Virus record (IMG/VR): IMGVR_UViG_3300031993_000014
Location: 114,987 to 178,986 of that record
Source: a virus
Lineage: Duplodnaviria > Heunggongvirae > Uroviricota > Caudoviricetes
Direction: 5' to 3' (one strand)
Length of the DNA stretch: 64,000 nucleotides
The notes beneath the pieces were generated by a model. It did not search any database, had not been told where the DNA came from, and worked only from the letters and a program-made list of their open reading frames with translations. Below, piece by piece: positions 9,801 to 16,720 of this stretch (positions within the stretch are counted from its first letter, which is position 1; every line of letters starts with the position of its first letter). Both the position numbers and the translations under genes were made by a program.

Positions 9801-10992
9801 TCGTAATATCGACATTTCTGAATACTGCGCGAGCATTGCCAGCAGCGGTTCTGTTATCCTGCAACCAGAGAGACGTGTGCTTTTCGTCCTTCTTGATTTT
9901 AGAACCGAACCCCGGCTTCTTTCCGGTTTCTTCGATTTCGCTTCCTTCAAGTTCAGCCTTGAACTGGTCTGCGGTAGTAGAACCAACGCGACCAAAGAGA
10001 GCTACAAGAGCGCCGTCAAGTGTCGTTGCGATGTCGGTGGTAGCAGCTGCTGCATAAATGCGAACCGTACCAGAGAAGATAAGAACATGAGAAGCCTTGT
10101 CGGCATCTGCGACATCCGGGTCAACAGCTGCAAGAGCCTGTTCATAGGTTTCATATACCTTGATGGAGGTAGCAGAACCAGCAGTTTCAGTTTCAATAGC
10201 CGTACCAACTTCGTCAGTAATGCAGAAATGGTCAGCAAGAATCGTTGCCACAAAGCTCGTAGCAGACGTCGGATCAGCAAAAGTTACACCGCCAACTTCA
10301 CCAACGAAGTAACCATTAGCATTGGAGACAAGCTTAATATCTTGGCTGAAGATACCAGAAAATTCGACATACGGATTGGAGTATGTAACGACATTCTTCT
10401 TAGCCACGGCAGTGATGGTCTTAGTCGTATCAGTGTTCTTGGCCTTGTAGAGTTCGATTTCATCGAGCGTCTGAAGACGGAGAGCAGTGTTGATAGTACC
10501 ATTTTCTTCCACGTAGAACAACGGGAGGATAGCGAAATTGCCGGAACGACCGTCAACAGCAACCTTCTGCTTGTCGTCAGTCTGAGCAAGATTCCAGAGC
10601 TTAATCTGGTCAGTCGTCATTTCGAGACGACGATACTTTTCCTGATCGTTGGTGAAAGCCTGTTCCTTACGGAAACCAATGCCAAGAGAAAGGGCAGCAA
10701 ATCTTTCATCATCCGGGACTACACGGATCACCCAAGCGCCGCCACCAGCATTGATATAATTGAGAGCGTTCAGAGCCGATTGACCGTACTTAGCGTAGGA
10801 CGGTTCACCGAAGTTGAAGATCCATTCACTCTGAGTAGTGATGTAAGTAGCTTCATTCGGCATACCCTTTTCGGCTTCCAAGGCAATGAACATGTTTGTC
10901 AAGCCGCTAGACGATACAGTCAGGACGGCATTATCGATAATACGAGCACTCGAGTGCGGGTGCATGTATTTCGGCAGAGAATCAGCAGCCAT
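6820..10992 (-). CDS. giant tail-sheath-like structural protein, 1390 aa
   Basis: Protein-like composition, whereas the 1416-aa plus-strand ORF over the same DNA is R/S/V-rich antisense noise. The C-terminal ~150 aa (...NFVGARRGTIAGFRSISYMPTTYE...GVFFATELT...AILAVKRDFLKISRNY...) resembles conserved sheath C-terminal domains. T4-like position after terminase. RBS AAGGAGT. The functional call is tentative. Confidence 0.6.
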   Translation of the reverse strand: MAADSLPKYMHPHSSARIIDNAVLTVSSSGLTNMFIALEAEKGMPNEATYITTQSEWIFNFGEPSYAKYGQSALNALNYINAGGGAWVIRVVPDDERFAALSLGIGFRKEQAFTNDQEKYRRLEMTTDQIKLWNLAQTDDKQKVAVDGRSGNFAILPLFYVEENGTINTALRLQTLDEIELYKAKNTDTTKTITAVAKKNVVTYSNPYVEFSGIFSQDIKLVSNANGYFVGEVGGVTFADPTSATSFVATILADHFCITDEVGTAIETETAGSATSIKVYETYEQALAAVDPDVADADKASHVLIFSGTVRIYAAAATTDIATTLDGALVALFGRVGSTTADQFKAELEGSEIEETGKKPGFGSKIKKDEKHTSLWLQDNRTAAGNARAVFRNVDITTFFGGDEIVASATNGTAKLTTRLSLVIGTADEASWDFSYEVYKEATVGQYIPVSSDLINDNTAFTKVEVDEWNSLHALNYKLGNEVTATALVNAAETTGATKNVSLFYVKRIVDGSPVFSEAVTIPEAYRFNRIKPSDSSEAMVPTTDKSYPVKAMETKYASIVRTRVAFSADVSTETNWKVAVDGGTARKLAVNDLEYVNYFNATPSLYTLSASEGKLSVTVDTTKAITADEFNTIRGTSYGKLFTTVTTTNDNVTTTSIKLRTDIDATEVPNVIAAYLTAEENGRLQNIVVSDIPVSKVMEKLANGATTGTATLDTVYGTAFEFTFAGLVPVLSGNMSVAGFNGTAALTFVSDSLENLTLRAYDDVDEGKTSITASQIPGEKIAYVRKIVEFDGSAFEGNFDYLERLYDTIGLVATTFSDFSPEAAADYEAYRIEDGIKVKNSDIWDKIEDAKEGYVVGAIRDEITEADQATLNSANFVEFCRFLPKGSGKWYNNLAVSLTYDDNFDGTYPDWSMFKLSVIEKSKGEEIVREQFSVSFDPDAVAATKESLFIEDVVNTYSSYLTCVVNYDNLQNFIETKLAVKDANNKVVTDEDDNEIYVDVDTVIKYIFNRIDLDEFNTRTFGEKYETTELAQYAFTSLMSAIGADVDGCTLDQTRYSRDNSDLLMYTEPFVSFWFYNTLTPATSLYLGGGSYGNGWGFEYEDDEGQPAYTSTLAQALVRAYNGTTDPFITNVNLCEFDLMFDANYDETVRKAMVDLASVTRQDCIVLLDQGLSIANATQAIDKRQNEQNYDTFYASIFTQHLVVNDIWSGKVIKVTPTFFLSSKIPSNDVANGKTKNFVGARRGTIAGFRSISYMPTTYEMSELYKHQVNYIERDAQGVFFATELTSQTKNTPLTLIHAVRAILAVKRDFLKISRNYRSEDAIGTVQAQLMSELNSCAAEYILQGAFKYITPTISSTDYDVQQKICRIDVAVAFVDIMERFVFSFIVER

Positions 10993-11149
10993 AATTGGAC
11001 TCCTTGTATTTGCTAAAGTTAATATTCATAAGACATTTATGAAATATCGATGCTCATTTTAGAGTTTCTGGAAGGATGATAAAATTGATAGTTTCTTCCT
11101 GAGTAAAATTCAGACTGCTGAGAGTATATTAAACTATGAGGTAAGATTA

Positions 11150-11269
11150 TGTTTATACTACCAGTCTTATTCATCATGCTTCTTTACGGCATCTTTACGA
11201 TGCGTAAGAAGATGCTTGTAGCATTTATCGTGGGGGTGCTATATGGCATTATATCCAGTTCCCACTAGC
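11150..11269 (+). CDS. 39-aa hydrophobic peptide (MFILPVLFIMLLYGIFTMRKKMLVAFIVGVLYGIISSSH)
   Basis: Not in the ORF track because it is under 60 aa. GAGGT 6 nt upstream of the ATG. Predicted single or double TM helix. Opposite strand to the flanking structural genes. Confidence 0.35.
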
Positions 11270-11287
11270 AGCTACAGGAGGCTGAAT

Positions 11288-11434
11288 ATGGCACAGGTAA
11301 TCATTGGGGGAATGATCCTCCTTATCTTATTGTTTGTTATGTTGATAGCAACATTCCTCATCCCCATTATCCTTATGGGCGGTGGAATCATGTTCTTGTT
11401 ATACCAGATAGCCTTGCACATGGGCTGCTTCTAG
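11288..11434 (+). CDS. 48-aa hydrophobic peptide (MAQVIIGGMILLILLFVMLIATFLIPIILMGGGIMFLLYQIALHMGCF)
   Basis: Strong RBS acAGGAGGctgaatATG. Followed immediately by a strong terminator. Two TM helices. Confidence 0.5.
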   Translation: MAQVIIGGMILLILLFVMLIATFLIPIILMGGGIMFLLYQIALHMGCF

Positions 11435-11440
11435 TATGAC

Positions 11441-11483
11441 AAAAAAAAAATAAGTGGTCTATACAACCACTTATTTTTTTTTT
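11441..11483. terminator. bidirectional rho-independent terminator
   Basis: A10, then ataagtggt-ctataca-accacttat (9-bp stem), then T10. Serves the plus-strand small peptide gene and the minus-strand gene ending at 11482. Confidence 0.8.
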
Positions 11484-12213
11484 AACAGTGAATGACTTTC
11501 TCGAACGGAGAGTCAATACCCTTGATGCCCTTCTTTCCGGCTACACAACCCACAGACACAGCTGAGGTAACATCTTCGAATGCAATACCGGAGAATGTTG
11601 AGGTAACTCTCGGTAATTCCTGAATTCGGATGTTCGTATAGTCAGAATCAGAGCCAGTTCTACCAGCGATCTTACGATACGGAGTATAGATGTCTTTAGA
11701 GCTTCGACACATTTCCCCGATCATAGCTTCAGTAACCGACATAGGCACACCCAAGGCAGTGCCATTGAGAGATGACACTTCTTTCAGGAAGTTTGCGATA
11801 TCGGAGTACTTCAGGTTATCAGGGAGCTTACCGCCAAGCAGGAAGTTCAGGAAGAGTTCAGAGTTCTTTCCGTTCTGCACATTGAGAGCTTCTTGGAACA
11901 TGACAGAATTACCTTTGATGGTAAATGCCATGTACTCATCCTCTTCGTGAGTACCCTTGAATTTTTTCTTCTCTTTTCTAGATTCAGCAAAGGGAATAGT
12001 AAGCTTCAAAGGGCAATCAAGCTGCCAGAGTTCCGGCTTGGATGTAGGTGTCTTGTAAATCTCAATGAAAATGAATCCTATGGTCTTAACCAGTTCGCCT
12101 TCGACAACAGAGATTCTCTCATTATCGAAGAAGTACAGAGGGACGTACACCACAGCTTGCGGAGCTGTAAGATAGTAGTCATTCTCAACACGTTTCAGAA
12201 ATGGTAATGCCAT
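11482..12213 (-). CDS. hypothetical virion-module protein, 243 aa
   Basis: ORF with RBS GAGGA before the ATG. Immediately upstream of the sheath-like gene; a tube-like role is possible but unsupported. Confidence 0.65.
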   Translation of the reverse strand: MALPFLKRVENDYYLTAPQAVVYVPLYFFDNERISVVEGELVKTIGFIFIEIYKTPTSKPELWQLDCPLKLTIPFAESRKEKKKFKGTHEEDEYMAFTIKGNSVMFQEALNVQNGKNSELFLNFLLGGKLPDNLKYSDIANFLKEVSSLNGTALGVPMSVTEAMIGEMCRSSKDIYTPYRKIAGRTGSDSDYTNIRIQELPRVTSTFSGIAFEDVTSAVSVGCVAGKKGIKGIDSPFEKVIHC

Positions 12214-12240
12214 AGGATATCCTCACTTTCATATTGGAGT

Positions 12241-13116
12241 TTACTTAGATTCGCTGACATACTGGCCGAGGAGCTTATCAAAGTCTTCGACAGCATGGGC
12301 GAATTCTTCAACGATGCTCATATCAAGACGTTCGAAGACATCTTTCGGCAGGGATCTAGAAGCCATAGCAGCCACGGAAATGGTACTGAGAGTCTTTGCC
12401 AAACCCTTGACGAACTGTCTGGAGTCATAACCGCCGAGTTTGTGGCAGTAATTGGCTACAGCGATGGCGAAGCAACGATAGAGAGATTCCATCGGAGTCT
12501 TCACACAGAAGCGAAGAGCAAGGAGAAGATTCTTGAATGCTGGCTTACCAAGAATTTCGTCAACGTACTTGACAGAGGCTTCGAATTTGTCCTTATCATT
12601 CCATACGTTGACGATAGCAGACGGACGGACATTTTCTTCTTCGAAGAAGCCCATCGTCACTTTCTTCAGCGTAATGCTTTCTTGGAACTGGATATGGTTA
12701 CGGTGAAGCTTCTGGAATTCGATCTTAAGCTTGTTCTTAAGGGAACTCTTACGCTTCGAGCCCTTGTATTCCTTCATCTTTTCGTTGATGAACTTATCGA
12801 GACCAACGGCATACGGTTGTGCAAGGAAGGCACGGGAGACCTTATGGGCAAGATTGAAACCCTTGAGAGTTTCGCCAACGAGAGCCACAGCAGCAGCTTC
12901 ACGCATGGCAGCAGCTTCTTCCTTTTCATCCTTTCCGCTAGCAGATTCCATGATCTCCTGAGCTTTGTCAAGAGCGATGGTTTCATCTTCGCTCATCTGA
13001 GAACGGAGTTCAGCGTTGTCCTTAGCAATTTCTTCGGTTTTCTGTTCAAACGAGTTGATAGCTTCAAGAGCCTGTTCAGCTTGTTCTTCAATTTTCGGTT
13101 CCTGAGTTTCGCTCAT
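12241..13116 (-). CDS. hypothetical acidic helical protein, 291 aa
   Basis: ORF with RBS TAGGAGT. Coiled-coil-like N-terminus. The overlapping plus-strand 278-aa ORF is judged antisense. Confidence 0.65.
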   Translation of the reverse strand: MSETQEPKIEEQAEQALEAINSFEQKTEEIAKDNAELRSQMSEDETIALDKAQEIMESASGKDEKEEAAAMREAAAVALVGETLKGFNLAHKVSRAFLAQPYAVGLDKFINEKMKEYKGSKRKSSLKNKLKIEFQKLHRNHIQFQESITLKKVTMGFFEEENVRPSAIVNVWNDKDKFEASVKYVDEILGKPAFKNLLLALRFCVKTPMESLYRCFAIAVANYCHKLGGYDSRQFVKGLAKTLSTISVAAMASRSLPKDVFERLDMSIVEEFAHAVEDFDKLLGQYVSESK

Positions 13117-13124
13117 GGTTACTC

Positions 13125-13943
13125 CTATTGATTTTTGATAGCGATCTCGCTCAACTGTTGGTATACAGAGAGCGTAATTAAATGCTTTGCTTCAATGTTA
13201 GATTGATCATTCACAGATTTGATAAGGGAATCAAATGCTGTCGGAAGCACAACCAGTTCCAACTTATCAAGAAGAATAGCGTTCTGCCATTCGTCTTCAT
13301 TGTCGGCACAGTAGACTTCGAGTTCCTTGTAGAAGTCCGTAGAAGCGGTGGTTCCTTCAATCACGTCATTGACGACATCTTCAAGACAGTCAAGCAACAC
13401 GAGAAGACCTGTATCTGTAGCCCCAGTATACTTCTTCTGTGCGCCGATATTCTTTCTCGAAGACTTCGATTTATATGTATTTATGAATTCCTTCTTGTGT
13501 TTGAGAATGGATTTCACGATGTAGTTAGCCAGACCTTCCTTGCGGTTAATAACAAGGAACGAGTAGAAAGCTTGAACTAGATCGGCGAAGTCAGCTCCAC
13601 TTCCTTCAGTGCTACCGAAGGCATTGCTAGCTGCATCGATCCCAAAGAATTCCTTAAACTTGGTGAGAAGCCTGATGCGGATGTCATAAAGGTATTCCGT
13701 AAGGAAGTTAGCCTTATCGGTGCATCCTTGTTCTCTGGCTCTTTCCCTGAGAGCCATCACAGTGTTAGTAACGGCTGTAAGGGCATCCTCCTGAGTTTCG
13801 GTAGGAATCTTCTTCAGATCGTCCATCTGCTGAAATAGTCTCTCTTCAAGAGCCAACACATTGTCGTCCATTCGGAACTCTGAATTCCCTGTTCCGAACT
13901 CAAGATCTTCTGTATCGGTCATTAAATCGTTGTACTTGCCCAT
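13125..13943 (-). CDS. hypothetical protein, 272 aa
   Basis: RBS GAAGGA plus 8 nt before ATG at 13943. Overlaps the terminase 3' end by 44 nt. Confidence 0.65.
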   Translation of the reverse strand: MGKYNDLMTDTEDLEFGTGNSEFRMDDNVLALEERLFQQMDDLKKIPTETQEDALTAVTNTVMALRERAREQGCTDKANFLTEYLYDIRIRLLTKFKEFFGIDAASNAFGSTEGSGADFADLVQAFYSFLVINRKEGLANYIVKSILKHKKEFINTYKSKSSRKNIGAQKKYTGATDTGLLVLLDCLEDVVNDVIEGTTASTDFYKELEVYCADNEDEWQNAILLDKLELVVLPTAFDSLIKSVNDQSNIEAKHLITLSVYQQLSEIAIKNQ

Positions 13944-15888
13944 AGAACGTATCCTTCATGGTTTTCATTGAAAAGTTCGGCTCATTCCCGAAATTGAGAG
14001 AAAAGATCTTCCTCATTTTCAGGTCGTCGTGAACCACGTTTTCTTCAGAGCTAATGATATGTTCAGTGATTGTCGTCATCTTCTCTTCCGGTACTGCAAC
14101 ACTCTTGCGTTCCCTGAGAGACGATGCACAGACTCTTCGCTTAAACATCTTAAAGCTATCGAACGATGCGGCATATCTGCCGATGAGCATGGACATAAGG
14201 AAGTCGTCATGAGCGCCGTTAGAATGTTCAACCTTTCCGTTGCTCTTGCGTTCCAGTGTCTTAAGCTCTTCATAGGTGAATCTAGACCGGATTGTATGCG
14301 GTTCTTCTTCAACATACATGAACAGATTAGCAATCATGATATCACGAGATCCGGAAGTAGTGTCAATACCGTAGACCTTCTGTACCTTGTTACCCTGTCC
14401 TGGGATCGGGTTATTGATAGTACGATAGAAGACTTTATTGGCAGTGACAGAACTCTCGAGCAATGTCGTAATCACGTCTAGACCATAGCTGTTTCTTTCA
14501 ACCACTAAGAGCGAGTTATAGAACAGGTTACGGACTACTTCAATCAGAATTCTAGCAAACGGGATTGGGTTAATCCTATTCGAAGAGAAGTAACCCTTCT
14601 CGTGGAAATCATCAATATCAAGCATATGAATGACAGAGAAGTCAGTGCCGACACCACCGCCAACGTCAACAGAGAGGATGACAGGATCATGGAAGTCCAC
14701 TGGTTCAAGCATAGTGAACTTGTGGTTTCCTTGGTCTCCGATTCTAAGATAGGTCTCTTGTTCCTTACGGACAACAAAGTTGCTAACCCTTTCAAGACAG
14801 TCTTCGGTGAACGGAGACTTATCGGAAGAGAGCGTCCATTCAAGGTCAACTTCACGCTTAATCTTCTGTCTATCGTACTGAAGATCACGGCACTGCTGTT
14901 CGTACCACTTTTCATCACGACCGAGTTCTCTCCATGTGAATTCAATGTGGACGAAGTTATTGGTAGATCTTTCGTAGACATAATCCCTAAGCTTGTCAGC
15001 CGGAACGTCATACATTTCTTCAGTAAAGTCACAAGCAGCTTCAATAAGGTTATGCTTAGCCCATCCGCCTTCATCAGTATCGATAGAGTTCGGCGTAGTG
15101 GTAAACATCTTGAAATGAGGCACACCATTCTTCTCAGCTTCGATAGCAGCCTGAGATACAGCCGGAGCAGCAGCTGCATAGATGATGTTATTATATTTGG
15201 CGAACGCAATTTCATCGAAGAACCAGCACGGCATCGTAAGACCACGACCAAGCTTGTCTGCTTCTTCAGGGGATGTAGCAGCTGGCATAGCCGTGATTAT
15301 ATTCTTCAATAGCTTGTTACGAGAGAAAGTCGTAGAAGATTCTTGGTCTTCTCTGGACTGCTTCGGTTCAATCATCCATGCCGGAATCAATTCAACGATG
15401 TTCTTGAATCTCTTAAGGTTCACTTGTGCATCGCCATATTTCTTGTTCATGAACGTTGACTGCGTGTTTTTTGTTCCGAAGAAAAATAGCCAAGAAAATA
15501 AAGACACAGCACCGATGGTCTTACCGTGTTGACGAGGCATCAATGTGATCGTGTCTATGTTATGAAGGCTCATGTAAGTCAGAGCAAGGTTTCCGCGATG
15601 GAGATTATAGGGGATAGAGCCACCCGGAACAGGAATTCGTACTACCTCTCTAAAATAGTACCAAGGATTTATCTTGCACTCCGTAATTATTCGAGCCTTT
15701 ATCTCTGTAGAAAGTCCTTCAGCTCTAGGATCAACAAATCTTAATCCTTCATCATACAATGCTAAGAAAAACTTGTTGTTCTTGATTCCTTTTTCCTTCA
15801 GGTATTGGTGCATCTGAAGGAAGCTGGTATTTTTAGTTAGCTGGTAGGATACTTTCCGTTGAGTGAGATCGGAAAGTTGTGCTGCCAT
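13900..15888 (-). CDS. terL: terminase large subunit, T4 gp17-like
   Basis: Walker A variant ...ITLMPRQHGKTIGAV... matches T4 SRQLGKT. C-terminal RNase-H-like nuclease acidic residues (DVGGGVGTDFSVIHMLD...). 662 aa. RBS TAGGAGT. Confidence 0.85.
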   Translation of the reverse strand: MAAQLSDLTQRKVSYQLTKNTSFLQMHQYLKEKGIKNNKFFLALYDEGLRFVDPRAEGLSTEIKARIITECKINPWYYFREVVRIPVPGGSIPYNLHRGNLALTYMSLHNIDTITLMPRQHGKTIGAVSLFSWLFFFGTKNTQSTFMNKKYGDAQVNLKRFKNIVELIPAWMIEPKQSREDQESSTTFSRNKLLKNIITAMPAATSPEEADKLGRGLTMPCWFFDEIAFAKYNNIIYAAAAPAVSQAAIEAEKNGVPHFKMFTTTPNSIDTDEGGWAKHNLIEAACDFTEEMYDVPADKLRDYVYERSTNNFVHIEFTWRELGRDEKWYEQQCRDLQYDRQKIKREVDLEWTLSSDKSPFTEDCLERVSNFVVRKEQETYLRIGDQGNHKFTMLEPVDFHDPVILSVDVGGGVGTDFSVIHMLDIDDFHEKGYFSSNRINPIPFARILIEVVRNLFYNSLLVVERNSYGLDVITTLLESSVTANKVFYRTINNPIPGQGNKVQKVYGIDTTSGSRDIMIANLFMYVEEEPHTIRSRFTYEELKTLERKSNGKVEHSNGAHDDFLMSMLIGRYAASFDSFKMFKRRVCASSLRERKSVAVPEEKMTTITEHIISSEENVVHDDLKMRKIFSLNFGNEPNFSMKTMKDTFYGQVQRFNDRYRRS

Positions 15889-15948
15889 AGATACTCCTAT
15901 AGTTCAATAGGTAGTTAGGGCAGAACTCAATAATGAAAAGGAGTATTT

Positions 15949-16680
15949 ATGAGTACAGGCAAAAGAAAGAAGGTCGAAGACCTCGTGTACAGCGTGATGG
16001 ATGCCCTAGACAAGACTGGTGAAAACACTGACAAGTATCGCAAGATGTTCAACAAGATGAGCGATACTCAGTTCAATACTTGGATGAGCAAGTTCTTGTC
16101 GGATCCTACAGCCAACTTTAGACTTGAAGTTCTCCCTCATAAGAACGAACCGGAATTCGACCAGATAGAGAAAGCCCTGAAGATTCTCAATATTCCGCTA
16201 GAAGAATATGTCTATTTTCGTGACCAGAAGGATACTAACGGTAATCCGGTCAGAACAGCTACCCGTGTTCCGGTGTTCTATCTTTCCATCAAGCGATTGG
16301 AGCAGGTCGTTACCCATAAGTCTGGTGTTACTCTCGACATTGATAAGAGAAACCAGCTTACTGGTACTGTGACTTCTGACTCCAAGGTCGCTAGAAACTC
16401 TGACGTGGAATCCTACGCTCTGTTGCTTCAGCAGAATGAAGACTCTATGAAGGAATTGAATGGTGCTCGAAGCGACAACATGGGTGCTAAGAGAGTTCTC
16501 TATTCTAAGATTCAGGCTGACGGATTCGTTAATCTGAAAGATGTCGAAGAAGGTTCTTCTGCATTTGAAAAGGTTGCCCTCAATACCTTCGATGCTTATA
16601 TGCTTGGAGCTGGTGTCAAGACCGATACCATTACGGATTCCAATCTGCTCCCAGTGTCTCTTATCCCAGACATTGACTAA
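15949..16680 (+). CDS. hypothetical protein, 243 aa
   Basis: Plus-strand ORF between terminase and the portal candidate. It ends at a bidirectional terminator. Confidence 0.6.
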   Translation: MSTGKRKKVEDLVYSVMDALDKTGENTDKYRKMFNKMSDTQFNTWMSKFLSDPTANFRLEVLPHKNEPEFDQIEKALKILNIPLEEYVYFRDQKDTNGNPVRTATRVPVFYLSIKRLEQVVTHKSGVTLDIDKRNQLTGTVTSDSKVARNSDVESYALLLQQNEDSMKELNGARSDNMGAKRVLYSKIQADGFVNLKDVEEGSSAFEKVALNTFDAYMLGAGVKTDTITDSNLLPVSLIPDID

Positions 16681-16681
16681 C

Positions 16682-16720
16682 AAAAAATTCAGTATACTTG
16701 CGTATACTGAATTTAATTTT
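16682..16720. terminator. bidirectional terminator, cUUGCg tetraloop
   Basis: aattcagtatac-ttgc-gtatactgaatt is a perfect 12-bp stem at 16686-16713. A6 upstream and T-rich downstream. Lies between convergent genes. Confidence 0.8.

Noticed and set aside
6766-11016. 1416-aa plus-strand ORF
   Set aside because: It is antisense to the 1390-aa minus-strand gene. Its composition is R/S/V/D-rich with no motifs, and all neighbouring genes are on the minus strand, so I treat it as a stop-free antisense frame.
12295-13131. 278-aa plus-strand ORF
   Set aside because: It is antisense to a minus-strand gene with an RBS. Similarly rejected antisense ORFs are 14602..15312, 18210..19112, 22403..23374, 25302..26135, 45124..45741, 46026..46766, 47398..48330, 49416..50165 and 62799..63521.
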